NCBI GenBank assembly: GCA_964019335.1
Contig: OZ025745.1
Span: forward strand, 62,001 to 126,000
Length of the DNA: 64,000 nucleotides
Reading direction: 5' to 3'
Source: Diplonema japonicum
Lineage: Eukaryota > Protista > Euglenozoa: Diplonemea
In this document: piece after piece, positions 1 through 12,421 of the stretch
How positions within the stretch are numbered: the stretch's first letter is position 1
Layout: the number at the start of each line of letters is the position of its first letter
Program-made: the position numbers and the translations under genes
Notes under the pieces: model-generated
Database searches by the model: none
Told to the model about the DNA's origin: nothing
Seen by the model: only the letters and a program-made list of their open reading frames with translations

Positions 1-8
1 TTCCAAAA

Positions 9-3000
9 ATGAGACGAACATTGAACTTCAACTATGCTTCGAAGAACTACATCACAAGGGAGACTGCGTCCGACTTTTGGAGGTGGTGCGGGCAGCTTTT
101 CACGCCGAATATGATCCGCAGAAACAGCAAGCTAAGGGCGGCCGCACTGGACTTGATGGAAAGGACGTACAAGGAGTCCGTTCTGTCTGAGGACTACATC
201 GCAAGAAGCTTCATAGAGTCTGTGTCGGAGGAAGGGCGCGTTTCGTTCGTTAGACTGAACGATTCAGAGCACAAAAACACTGGTTCAAAGGCAAAAGAGT
301 TTATGCTCACCGTGGTCGACACATCGCGTAACGATGACGCACTCGCCGAGAAGGCGTGGAACATGTGGACGAGTTTCGTCCTCGATACCAAGGTCAGGCA
401 CGGCGGTCAATGGTTCACCGAACGCCAGCGTTTGAGCATGACTATCGACGCCCATGCCCCAATCCTAAGATCCTACCTGAACGCATGCCGCATGTTGCCG
501 AAGGTGTTGTTGGCGAAGGAGAAGGAAACGCTGCTGTCTATGGGTAAGCACTTCATGTCACACGGGGTGTTCCAAACAATTTCAAGAGACATCAACAGCT
601 TAGGACTGACACTTGCTGTCTTGGATGTGTGCAACCTCAAAGAGGAAGTAAAACTGAAATGGATTCTCGACAGCCAGGATGTGTCGAACGCAGCTGTCAG
701 GAAGCACCTGCAAGAAGCAACGACAGGTAGTGACATGCATGTTAGAATGCAAGCACACGTCCAGTTACTGACCAGGTCGAAGCAAACCAACCTGAAAGAA
801 ACTGCTATTTCCCTGAAATACGTATCCGAGAAGATCAGAAATGAAGCTGGTCTGACTAGGCCGCAGGTATATGACTGGGTGACAAACAACATTGAGTCGA
901 TGGTGACTACGAGCATCCATAACGAGGAGTGCATCGATGTCCTGACGCACGCGCTCGACAAGATGTTGCGCGACGACATCAGCAAGAGGGACACAGTGGC
1001 GAAGGGCACGTTCCAGCGCATAGCTAAGCAGATCATGGACTCCGCTCTCTCTTACAACCAGATGAAACGCAAACTCGCTCAGCGCAGAGCGTGGATTGTG
1101 GCAGCAATGAACCTGTTGTGGCTGGTTACAAAGACCATTCGTGGTGAAGAGGAATGGAAAACGTACACTTGGGACATTCCACGTACATACTTCCGCACAC
1201 ACTGGCTACCTAAGGCAGACTTAGTTAATGTCCTGAAGCCTTTCCTTTCTGAGGAATGCAGAGTCTGCGATTATGATACGCTGAGAGTGAGTGTGTACCG
1301 TGAAAATCTCTACCAAAACAGTGCCGACGAGTATCTGACTCCAGCTGACGCTGTTGACCTGCTGGTCTCCGCCTTGGAAGAGGTCAGGAGCGAGCACTAC
1401 AAACTCAACAAGGACAACACCTGGTTGCAAGGTTCTTGTCTCGACACGTCTACCACCGAAGGTTTCAACAGGTTCACAACATTGCTGAAGTACACAGGCC
1501 CCAGGTGGGTTGAGGTGCCGGTGCTTGTCACTAAATTCACGGAGTCCATCACTCTGATCGAAAAGAGCTACACCCACAGCAGACTGGAGACCACTATCAG
1601 GATGTTCAAGCAGATTCGTGACCTGTACAGCTCGTCGCTGTGGTACGAACTGCCTCTCATGGACGAAGCCTGTTCCGCTCTGATGCGTGCCTCCTGTAGC
1701 AATGGAGGCCTGAATCTTGGGCAGATCAAGCCGTTCTGGATGGAAGCCGAAGCTGGTAGAGGCATCCTAAACTTCGAAAAATTGACCGACGTGCAGAAGA
1801 CCTTTGTTATTGCAAACTGCCCTAATATTCGGAAGAAGGCGAAGACAGAAAAGGATCGCGACATGCTGAAAGATGAAGCAGACACACGCACTGTCACTAC
1901 AGTGCGCAAACTGCTTGGCTTCGATAAGTCATTTATTTTTGATTTTGATGTGCGCTCTGTGTTGGTGAATAAGAGAGATGACCTCCTGGGGAGCTACATC
2001 GGTGTGCCGGAGAAGGAGTTTTACGGCATTAACCACAGGGGCGATGCGAACAGCAAGGTGCTGTACAACTTCAGCATGACGCCAGTTGACCTGTCCTCGA
2101 CGACAGGCACGATCGCTTGCGAGTACTCAGAGGTCTCCCTGAAGCAAGGCATGATGAGGTCGAGCAACACGTCGGCCAGGAGCGATGCCATTATGAACTA
2201 TGTGAAGTCCCCTACTACCTCGCACACGGAAGTCATCGACCTGCTGAAGGACCTCTCTGCCAGGGCAAGGGGCGACAACGGTGAAGCCGACCTGTCGCTT
2301 ACCCACATCATCGAGAGTGTGGTGCTCTCCATCTTTGGCACGGACGCCGTGTGGTTTATCCTGGCATACCTGCTGTCGCCGAGCGTGATCGCCAGCTCTC
2401 CTCACCGCACCACAGCGTCTATCCTCACTAACCTCACTACCTGGGCACCGACTCGCAAGGTAGTTGACATCTGCGGTTTGCTCCTCAACGGTGCCAGAAG
2501 GGGTTCCCTCTCGATGTTCCTCCACAAGCAGATCCTCCGCATGCTGAGCGAGGCGGGGACAGCAGAAGCGTCAAAGCTGTTCCTGAACGAGTGGCAGATG
2601 AGGAAAGAACGCAGCGACAAACCCGACATTGTGAAGGAGATCGTAAAGCTATCCGTTTCCAAGTTGGAATATAAGTCGTCATCCCTTTCGGACGTAGCTT
2701 GGGTGGTTGTGCGAGACATCGCGAAGGACCCGTTGAGCTTGAACGAAGACACTGTTTTGCTACTGCTGTTGCCTGTTTGGAACAAATCGTTCTACTGTAC
2801 CGACATTTGCCTCTCTGGGTTCTTCCTTCCTGGTAATGGGGAGGGTGTTGTGAAGCCAACTGACACGGTGCCTGACAGGCACAGGAGGTTCCTTGAGCTG
2901 TGCAAGTTGTACAATGCTGAGACGGGGCAAGGCTTCGTTGAACCTGAGATGAGGGACTTGATGTGTGACTTGATGATGACGCTGGAGCAGAATATCACAG

Positions 3001-3500
3001 ACCCGTCCTTCCGTCTGTTGGTGACGGCGAAGAAGTACACATTCTCAAAGGTGTCTGTTGATCTTCTAGGGGAACTGAAGAGTCACCTCATGGAAGACAG
3101 TTTGAGGAAGAACTCAGGGAGTATGCAATCGCCAGAGCGGTTCGTGGTCAAAACCTTTGGTAAAATGTACGCCACCATTACTGTGGAGACACTGGAGCAG
3201 GTCATTAAAGGGAGCAAGTACACAGACATCCAGAGGAGTCAAGGTGTGGCGATTGAAGAGGAGTGCAAGGTGAACCCCTATGCTTTGCATGCCATGGCTT
3301 TCTTGTCCGAAGTGTACACCCAGCTGTTGGACACCCCCTTGAGGCAGCAAGCCACAGTAGCCCACCTGACACAGGTGCTTGCAAGCCTGAGGTCTGTTCT
3401 TGCCGTGCACTCCAACAAGAAATTGTATGATGAGCTGGTGAAATCGTGTGAAGTTTATATCCTCACCTCCTCCACAACACATTTGAGGTCCGTAATGTGA
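9..3500 (+). CDS. Large uncharacterised, probably alpha-helical protein (1163 aa; may start upstream of the window)
   Basis: Uninterrupted 3.5-kb ORF with coding-like composition, followed by an A-rich intergenic region. No motif recognised with confidence. Confidence 0.8.
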   Translation: MRRTLNFNYASKNYITRETASDFWRWCGQLFTPNMIRRNSKLRAAALDLMERTYKESVLSEDYIARSFIESVSEEGRVSFVRLNDSEHKNTGSKAKEFMLTVVDTSRNDDALAEKAWNMWTSFVLDTKVRHGGQWFTERQRLSMTIDAHAPILRSYLNACRMLPKVLLAKEKETLLSMGKHFMSHGVFQTISRDINSLGLTLAVLDVCNLKEEVKLKWILDSQDVSNAAVRKHLQEATTGSDMHVRMQAHVQLLTRSKQTNLKETAISLKYVSEKIRNEAGLTRPQVYDWVTNNIESMVTTSIHNEECIDVLTHALDKMLRDDISKRDTVAKGTFQRIAKQIMDSALSYNQMKRKLAQRRAWIVAAMNLLWLVTKTIRGEEEWKTYTWDIPRTYFRTHWLPKADLVNVLKPFLSEECRVCDYDTLRVSVYRENLYQNSADEYLTPADAVDLLVSALEEVRSEHYKLNKDNTWLQGSCLDTSTTEGFNRFTTLLKYTGPRWVEVPVLVTKFTESITLIEKSYTHSRLETTIRMFKQIRDLYSSSLWYELPLMDEACSALMRASCSNGGLNLGQIKPFWMEAEAGRGILNFEKLTDVQKTFVIANCPNIRKKAKTEKDRDMLKDEADTRTVTTVRKLLGFDKSFIFDFDVRSVLVNKRDDLLGSYIGVPEKEFYGINHRGDANSKVLYNFSMTPVDLSSTTGTIACEYSEVSLKQGMMRSSNTSARSDAIMNYVKSPTTSHTEVIDLLKDLSARARGDNGEADLSLTHIIESVVLSIFGTDAVWFILAYLLSPSVIASSPHRTTASILTNLTTWAPTRKVVDICGLLLNGARRGSLSMFLHKQILRMLSEAGTAEASKLFLNEWQMRKERSDKPDIVKEIVKLSVSKLEYKSSSLSDVAWVVVRDIAKDPLSLNEDTVLLLLLPVWNKSFYCTDICLSGFFLPGNGEGVVKPTDTVPDRHRRFLELCKLYNAETGQGFVEPEMRDLMCDLMMTLEQNITDPSFRLLVTAKKYTFSKVSVDLLGELKSHLMEDSLRKNSGSMQSPERFVVKTFGKMYATITVETLEQVIKGSKYTDIQRSQGVAIEEECKVNPYALHAMAFLSEVYTQLLDTPLRQQATVAHLTQVLASLRSVLAVHSNKKLYDELVKSCEVYILTSSTTHLRSVM

Positions 3501-4205
3501 GTTAAGCTGTGCGATTGTTCTTATGGAGGTGAAAAGCCTTCTATCGGAGAATTATACTTTTAAGTCCCTCAAGGGGCGGTGTTATAGGAAAAAAATGAAA
3601 ACATGTTGGAAAAAAGAAGGGGGGGAAAAAAAAGAATATTAAAGCCAACATACAGTGTGAAAGAAAGAAAAAAAAAAAGAAAAAAAAAGCTTCCCCCCAC
3701 CCCCCAAAACGCAATTGAACAGAACGCAAAAAAAAGAAAAAAAAAAGAGAGAAAAAAAGATACTGAGGTTCGGCAGTAACCAAAAAGAAGGGGGAGAATA
3801 TAAAATGCCAAACAGGAAGCAAATCTTGTGGAATAGAAAGAAAATGAAGAAAAAAAAACAGAATCGCTGGTCTGCCCATGCTCAGCATGCACATCACTTG
3901 CCCGTGCCACCCATCGCGAACTGTTTAAATGAATCCGGAATGCGTCCCTACTCCGGAAACGACCACTGGTCTTCAATATTTCCCATTTCGATTAACAAAC
4001 TTTATTGACTCAACTCCCTCCCCGCCCCTTATGTTTTTTTTCTTTCAAGTGTAGCGTTGTGCTCCTCATTTATTTCCCCCCCTTCTTCTGAAATTTTCCT
4101 CATCCTCATTAAACGTTACTCTGTTGCCCTTCTTTTCCTCTCTTTTAAACTGTTTTTTTTTTTTTTTTTTTTTTTTTTTTGCCCATGTAAAAGCACAACA
4201 GGAGC

Positions 4206-7200
4206 ATGCCCCGTCATGTTGACACAAGCAAGTGGACTGTGCCGCATCAGATGGCGAAGTCTGAGATGCTGTACACACCGGAAGACAGCCTGGTGAGGCT
4301 TGAAGGTATACGAAGGGTGCTGAAGGAGAAAGACCTGGACGCATTGCTGTTCGTGGCAGGTGTGGACAGTGGAGATAATTTAGGTTGCGTTCAGGCCATC
4401 AACTACCTGCTGCTCGGCGCCTGTGGCAGCGACCTCGCGACTCCCCTCCTCCTGGACGATGACTATGATGATGTTGTCCTTCTGGTGCACGGTGGTGGTG
4501 TGCGACTCTACGTCCCCCCTGCGGCGGGTGTCAAGGCATCACGCATCACGAAGTCATGGCCTGGTCTCGAGCTCTGCGGGCTTGATAGAAGAAGTTTCAA
4601 AAACCAAGATCTCTTCGAGGACCACAAGATGGCCAACTTCAAGGCGATGGTCCCGCCCTCCCTCCGCAAGGTGGGAATGTCGCTCCCCAACAACGACCCG
4701 ATGCAGATCGAGAAGTGGCCCCTTGTCCAGTCCTACGCTCTGGACAGCAAGGGCGAACGCAGGTTCTTCACCATGTGTCATGACGTAACCAACGTTTTTA
4801 GCGATCTGGAACTTGTGTTCAGGGGGATCGGAACACACGAGGTAGCCGCCATGATTGCAACACAAGCCACGCTTCTAGCTCAGCACTGGGACGGTGTTGT
4901 GCAGATGCTTGTGTACAATGCCAAGAAAGGCCCTAAACAGCTGCAGGACAGCACGGCAGAAAACCTCGAGACGTACTACTCCTACGGGGCCATGCGGCGG
5001 AGGAAGATTCTCGAATGCTGGGGTATCCAACCTCCCAAAATGGTGATGCACCCACTTCACTGCACCGTGGAAGCTTACGACCCTCAGGCACCTTTGATTT
5101 TCGCAAGAACGGTGTTCCTCTCGGCCAACCACAACCACGACCTTAACCCTTTTGGCACTACATCGGAGTACACAAAAGGCATCATCCCCGCGAGCTGTTT
5201 ACAACAGCAAGAAACGACGGACCTCACTACCCTGTGTGTCCTGTACACTGTGCTGGGGAGAACCTTACAGGTGATGAAACAAATGGCGGCCGACAAGGAA
5301 TCAGGTTTCGGAGAGAACAAAGCGAACGACATTAAAAGAATAAAAGAAATCTTTGTGTCCCTCGGGAAGGAATGCAGCAACGTCCCAATGGCGTACGAGG
5401 AGGTTGTGCACTGCCTAAGAGTCAAAGTGCTTAAGCTGGACAACGGACCTTTTACAAGCGACAAGGTTGGTGTGCACACTCGCCGACAGCATGTCACATA
5501 CCTCAAGCTGGAACTAGAGGTCACACAGACAGGAAAGCCTCTGGGGAGCTTGGTGATAGGAGACACCATCGTGGCTTCGGGGGGGGTGTTCATCACCTTG
5601 ACGCACACTATCCCGTCAGTCAGCATGACAGGGACCCTGAAGGGGGAGATGGAGGGGTCGAAGAACATAAAACAAGTCATTGAAAAAGTAGAAGACATCT
5701 GGTCCACGGGGCCTCAGGAGGAGGCAGTCAAGAAACTCAACAGCAAATGTCCTTTAGGAAGTTATCTGTGCAGCATGAACGAGCACAGTGGGTTCCTGAT
5801 GTATATGCCAATCCAAGGCTTCGGGTGCGATGTGAAGCTATCCGGGAGCCTTGTGGTGTTCAACGAAGGTCTCGTGATTCACGACACACAGGGTGGGTAC
5901 TTGCAGCCTTTGCTGTTTAAGGAGCACGTCGACCAAATCCTTGTACACAACCCCTTGCAACTGGACCTTCCAGTGGTCATTGTGCTGAAGGTGAAGGAGG
6001 ATTATAAGCTGTGGGCCCCTCTAGACGGGGCGCAGAAGGCAGCCTCCGAAAGATGCGTCTGCTTCGTAGTGAGGCCAGGCACCACCGCAAAGCGAGAGTT
6101 CCTTCAGAAAATCCTTCCATCTTGGAAGAAACGTAGCTATGTTAAGGTGGTGAAGGATGACGAGGGCCTCCCCGTGCAGTACCAGGCGCATGTTATGTAT
6201 GAATGTTATACAGAGCAGCAGCAGCCACGCACGCGGCCCTACTTATCGAGCACGCAGTACTTTGACAACGTGAAGGACTACCAGCCGTTTAGGTCAGCAC
6301 CCGAAGAGCCTGATGATATCACTGTCAAGATGACAGAGCTCAAGTCAGGTAGCAAGAAGATCCATGAGAACATAATGAGGAGTCACCCGCAGTGGGAGCA
6401 GTTCGCCAAGCACAAGAGGCTTGAGGCACTTGAGGACATTCCGAAGATGACCTTTGTGCCCGCATCAACGGGGGTTGTTAAGGTGGACATCGTGACGGGG
6501 TATTTTGGTGTTGGAAAGCACAAATTTGCGGACCATCTCACGAAGGTGTTTGTGACTCTAAACGCTGAAAAGCGTGCGCGAGGTGAACCCACAGAAGAAG
6601 TGCACACCATCGTCAACACGCTTGAGGAAGGCATCGAGTTTCTGCCTGTGGAATTCTATAGGCAGTTGCGGCCTGTTGTGAGCAAGGAAGGACCCCAAAG
6701 GGTCATCTACATAACACCTGGAGTCACACCTATTGCCATCATAGCACACCACTTGGCCCAGGTAGCTGCACAGCACTCTGCCGTGAGCTTGAACAGCGTG
6801 ACCTGCTTGCTGAATGGCGACATGCTGTTCACGAACGACCTTTCTGCACCGCACGATTTCCACGTCCTTCCTAATCTTACCGACCAGTTGACTAACGGGT
6901 ACGTGTCACAGGCGCTGCTGGCCACAACCTCAAAGCGCGACGTTAACGTGCTAGAGGACTTCATCAGGAGTGTGAACCCCTTGTGCTCTGTGCAGTATCA
7001 CGTTGATGATGCAGTGGAAGGTATGCGTGTTTAACTACTTTGCATGTATGCTGCAGGCGTTCTCAATCCAAAGAACTTGTTCACGGAAGAGATGGAGGTA
7101 GCGAGGATCATGAGTGTGCCTTACGTGGTATGTCGGTTGGTGTCTTCTTAACCTTTACAGCTGCACCAATCGAACCCAGCACGGAAGCTGCAGATGGCGA

Positions 7201-7775
7201 CTATTGAGTTCGCAAAGCTGATCACGTCAAGGTACCGTGTGCAAGAGTACGTGCAGAAGGTGTCCGACCCACACTCGACTAGCAAGATGGTGAGGTTGAA
7301 GGGGATAGTCCACTGCGGTGGCGAGGAGCTGGAGGTGTGCGCTGTGAGGGGCAGGCCATTTGGTGGAAGGACGAAACTGACGAAAAACGAGCAGGTGATG
7401 TCACACAGGCAGGTCTTCCACGTGATAGGATATGACCTAGACGTGGCAGTGATCCGGAACGAGCTGGAGTACCACCTGATGTGCAAAGACAGCATAGTGC
7501 TGTCGGATGAAGGAGTTGTGCTCGCGAAGAAGAAAGTGCTCCCTACCATCACTGTAGAGTCCCTGCAAGAACAGGATGTCAAAGATGTCAATTCATCGAT
7601 GCACCACAAGGACCTCCCTCCGGGCTGGTACTACGACGGTGCCCTCTACGTCAACATAGTGGAGGATAAGTACCAGCAGCTCCGCCCCGACATCGAGGCA
7701 CTGAAGCAGGAGTACGTCGACACGTACAACAAGAAGATAGCAGCGCACAACAGCGAGGTCGACCGAGACGGCTAG
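4206..7775 (+). CDS. DNAAF9: Dynein axonemal assembly factor 9 / Shulin (C20orf194) homologue; exons 4206-7020, 7057-7127, 7161-7775
   Basis: Motifs LLFVAGVDSGDNLGCVQAINYLLLG, EDHKMANFKAMV, IEKWPLVQSYALD, degenerate P-loop VTGYFGVGK and C-terminal LPPGWYYDGALYVN match the C20orf194/Shulin family. Two GT-AG introns (7021-7056, 7128-7160) join the 942-aa and 193-aa ORFs in frame. Confidence 0.85.
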
Positions 7776-7964
7776 AAATAGTTACATTCTTTCCTACATT
7801 TTTGGGGGAAATACACACAGTTCCTGTTTTAACAAAAGTCTAAGTTATCTCCCTCTCGTTCTTCTTTTTTTTTTTTAACCTTAAACATCTCATCTGTGAA
7901 ACGAAGTGTTTTTTTTTTCTTTTGTCGTTCCTTGTCGTTTTCTCCTTAGCACCAACACAGGAAG

Positions 7965-9887
7965 ATGAATGAGCCGACAAGTGCGAATAGCAAGCTGGAG
8001 GAACGGAGCGAGTCGCTGCTGACAGCACAGGTATGAAATGGTATAGTATTTCATTTCTTTCAGGAACACTCATCTGGGACAGACTTGTCGGCGTTAAGCG
8101 GGCAGCAGCACCAGCAGGTGGACGAGGAGCATGACACGGGCGTCAGCCTCCAGGCGCTGCTGCAGAGAAGGAACCGTGGTTTCAACTCCGGGGCAGGGTT
8201 GCGGGCACCCATCCGAGTAGAATCCGACATGGTCCTTGACGACCTAGCTGACGGCATTCAGTGCCAGTCGCCTGTCGGACTCATGGCCACGCACATACAC
8301 AACCAGAAGGCTGGCGTCTCGTTTAGAGTGAAGTCCATCAGAAGATACATCACCGGACCGCTCATAGGGGAGGGCGCTTATGGTAAAGTAAAGCTGGCAA
8401 TCGACACGGCGACAGAGCCCGGCATGGACCAGACAGTGGCCCTCAAGATCATATCGAAGAGGACGCTGCGGAAGCAGCGGGGTGGCGACGAGAAAATCAA
8501 AAAGGAAGTCGAGATGATGCGTCTGATCAGCGAAGGGCTGCACCCGAACATCATGAACATGCTGGACGAGTTTGAGAACGACCTGAAGGGCAAGGTGTAC
8601 ATCGTGTTCCCCCTCGCTGTTGGGAGCCTGCAGGCTGTCATCGACAACTCAACGCTGGGCTGCAAGTTGAGCAGCGCCAGGAGATACTCGTTTCTCTCAC
8701 AACTACTGAGCGGGCTATCATACCTGCACTCCATCAAGGTTGTGCACAAGGACCTGAAGCCCTCGAACTGCATGCTCATGGGGGATATGCGTGTTCTCAT
8801 ATCCGACTTCGGCACCGCTGAGCACATCACCCACGGCACACGGTGCAAGGTGAGCGACTCCACGCCCGCCTACCAACCGCCTGAGATCGCAGAAGGCGCA
8901 ATCTACTACAATGCATACAAAGCAGACGTGTGGTCAATGGGCGTCACGATGTACCAGCTGCTGGCCCTGCGGCTGCCCTTTGAGGGCATCAACTTGTGGA
9001 AGACATACGAGGCGATCATCAACGAAGAGATAGAGTTCAGTGTGGCAGACCAGGGGGACAGGAGGCTGCGGGGGCTGTTGGAGGCGATGCTGGATAAGAA
9101 TGCGAAGAAGCGGTGGAGATGCAAGAGACTTGCACTGCATCCATTCGTCACGGGTGTTGATGAGATACCCGAGGACAGTGAGGGGGAAGAAGACGAGGGG
9201 GAAGAGGCGGGCATTGAGCTGGTTGACCGCAAAGACGAGAAAAGACCCAGCATTGCAGGGCTGACAGTGGACTGGAGGTCGGGGAGAGCAATGGAAGGAG
9301 AAGAAGGCGAAGATGACGAGCAAGGCGGGTGTGAGGACGCGACAGGCCTGATGCTAGGCTCCATGAGGAACTTGCATGCGCTGTTTTCAGTGTCGCTGTC
9401 TAAGGCGTTGATGAGCAGTCTGATACACCGCGACCCTGCGGTGCTGGATTACATCAACGAGCACACCGACAACTCCTTCAACGCATCACCAGCAGCATCC
9501 CCACCTCAATCCCCGCTGAAGTCCCCTATGCTGTCGCCCACACTGTCGTCTGCGGCAGTTGCGGCCAGTTCCTTCCGTGCGTCCTTCGACCACTACTTTA
9601 CTAGCAACTCTTTCGCCACCAGCAAGCAGCTCTCTCTGGATTCGCCACGTGATCTTACATCCCCTCGGTCTCTCACCTCTCCCCTCCTCCTCTCCCCACG
9701 CGACCTCACGTCCCCCACCGCAGCAGTCGACATGGTTGCCTTCCCTCCTGTCACCCCGGACACCCGTCCTGAAGAAGCCCCCGTGGTTCCTCATTTAGAG
9801 GCTGTCGTCACCTCTTCCTCCACCTCCACCGCCGCCCGTGTGCATGGCATGATTACGACGTGGTGTTCGTCATGTGTTATAGCTTAA
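7965..9887 (+). CDS. STK11: LKB1/STK11-like Ser/Thr kinase with C-terminal CAAX (CVIA); exons 7965-8030, 8064-9887
   Basis: GEGAYGKVK, VALK, HKDLKPSN, DFG and TPAYQPPEIA...KADVWSMGVT...PFEGINLWK resemble LKB1 (HKDIKPGN, SPAFQPPEIA, PFEGDNIYK). The 33-nt intron 8031-8063 links ATG 7965 in frame. Confidence 0.75.
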
Positions 9888-9943
9888 TTATTTGTTCCAT
9901 AAAAAAAAGTTTTTTTTCTTCTTCTTTTTTTTTTGGTGGTTGA

Positions 9944-10510
9944 GAAACGAGACGTAGAGCTCATGCAGAAGGAGGATGTCAACACACAGCCGCTACCGTG
10001 GATTCGAAATGTGGTAAGAAATGCCCCGTTCCGATAGCTGGCGAGCTCGAAGGAGTGAGCGGGGTCCTGTCCCAGTACCTGAACCCGCTGCTACAATGGT
10101 TGTCACAACTGCGCTGGGTGGAGAAGGACACCACCTCGGAGGTGTCGGCGGTGGAACTGGCCATTGACTTCGAATGGACGACCGGAAAGTCTTTGGGAGG
10201 CCTGCTGGAAGATAGGGCGCGCAGAATCAAAGCTCTCATCGTAAAGATAAACACAGCATGCAGGGCACGGAAGAAGCGACGCCCCTTCCCAGCGGACGAG
10301 AGAAAAAGAGTGAAGTCCCTCATCGCCATTGGAGGAAAGGCAGCTATTGGTTTCTCCAGGAGGCCTATTTTCGCCACCCGGTCCACGCACGACAAGCTAA
10401 TGGAATTGAAAGCCGACTACAAGCGGGACCGCATCACACGACTCCGCAAGACGCTCACGGCCTCAATCGGAATGAAAGCAATGCTCCAGAAGGGGAGTAT
10501 TAACAGATAG
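9944..10510 (+). pseudogene. ORF fragment lacking an upstream start ATG, possibly the 3' end of a retroelement protein
   Basis: Reading frame is open from just after TGA 9941-9943 to 10510 with no in-frame ATG until its last quarter. It starts beside a T-tract and ends in a GC-rich tail. WLSQLRW...SAVELAIDFEWTTG recalls LINE C-termini, from memory only. Confidence 0.3.
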
Positions 10511-11067
10511 ACCCCCCCTCCCATAGGGCGGCCCTCTAGCGGGGGGCTTGTCCTGTACTTTGAGTTTTTTCTCTTCCCCCCGCACTGTGAATGGGGCCGT
10601 GTATTGTTCTCCTTCCCCCACCCCCCTGTTTTCTTCTTCTTTTTTTTTTGTTTTAACACATATTATTTGTCGAGATTAAAAACTAGTTGATGGCAGTGTA
10701 ACGAGCTATTTTATTAGGTAAAATTCCGCTCGTGCGCACAAACAAATGGAGCGCCAAACTAGTTAAGTTTTCTTCTTCTTCTTTTTTTTTTTTTTTTCTG
10801 TGAGGAAATAAAAAAGAAAAAGGGTTTTGGGGAGGTTTAATTAAATCTCTTTTTTTTTCGGGAAAAAAAAAAGGGGAAACGAGTCTTTCGGCTTGTCTTA
10901 ACAAAAAAAGAAAAAAGAAAAAGCTCGCAATACCAAAACACAGACAAACAAAAAACAATCAGAAAACTGTGAACCCTTGATGCGTACCGGAAGGAAAGGT
11001 GCCGTCTTATCTTTTCTTTGACGAGGCAAAAGGGGTTTTTTTGCCTCTGGTAAAAAGTAATTACAGC

Positions 11068-11122
<55 letters not shown>

Positions 11123-12388
11123 ACCTCACGATTTCCCCTTCTTAGGTACCCGCGTGGGTTCTTGTATGTAGTTCTTTCCAGCCAATGTGGTGCCCAATGA
11201 CCCCAAAGCGGCTGAAGACGGTCAAGCACAGTGCATGAGTCTTCATTTTTTTGTTAGGAGTTAGCTTTCCCCCTTTGCCCCCTTGCATATTCCAAATAAA
11301 GCCAAGATAATAAACCACTTTTTTTTCTCTTTTTTTTTTCTTTTTTTTCCCTATTCGCAACTCCGGCCATTGTGGCTGTTAGGCAATGTTTATCAACCTT
11401 TAATGTTCAAACCTGAGACGAGGGCTGGGTGGCCTCCTCTCTCTTGAGGACGGGGGGTACGTGGTAGGGTAGCGCCTCCAAAGGGAGATTTCCACACCCA
11501 AGAAAATAATCCTATAAGTACTTCTTTACGAACCTCCCTTTAAGAAACCTTTTTTTCCCCTGGACCCCACCGGGTTGAATACAAAAAAAAAAAAAAAAAA
11601 AAAGAAAACAGTACGGCATATTTTGTTTTCGCGCATCCTGCTCCACAAGCGAGAGTAGCAGCTTGCGGGTTTCTTCTCCATCATTGTTATCCACACCCCA
11701 CTCCACCCCACCCCATTCTCCTTACACTATCTGCCCCATTTTTTTTTCTCCCCCTCCCCTCCCCCCAACTTGCCAATTACAAAAAAAAAACCCGGAACGA
11801 TGCAAAAAAAAAGAAGAAAAAAAGGGGGGGGGAAGAAAACCAGTTCCTTTTTCTTTCTCTCTCTCTCTCTCCCTCTAAGGATTTATGTGTGGCATTATGC
11901 GTTGTGTGATTTCTTTTTAAAAGGTGGTATCAGATATTTTTAAAGAGGGAGTAGATAAGAAGAAGAAAAAGAGAATCGAATTGGGGGGGGGGGGGGGGAA
12001 AGAAAACACATCATTTTTTAAACTTTTATTTTTATAGCATTTGCAATTTCTTGATGTCTTTTTTTTTATATATATATAAGATTGAGAGATCATAAAAGTA
12101 AAGAAAAAAAAGGGGAAAAAAGTAATCTGGGGTATTTTGTTCTTTTTGAGGGGTTTACACCTTCCCTTTTCGGTGAGTCAAAATAAAGGGGGAAAGGACA
12201 CTAACGAGAATGATCAAAGCGAAGGGGGCATCAGTTTAAGAAAATATAGAGGGGGGAGTGAGAAAATCATCATCAAGAAAAAAAAAAAAAAAAAGAAAAC
12301 CGAAGTCAGTAAAAAAAAAAAGAAAAAGGGTCAAGGACTTTTTTTTTTTTCATTCTTCCTCCCTTTTATTTCCATCTTTCCTCGTTTC

Positions 12389-12421
<33 letters not shown>

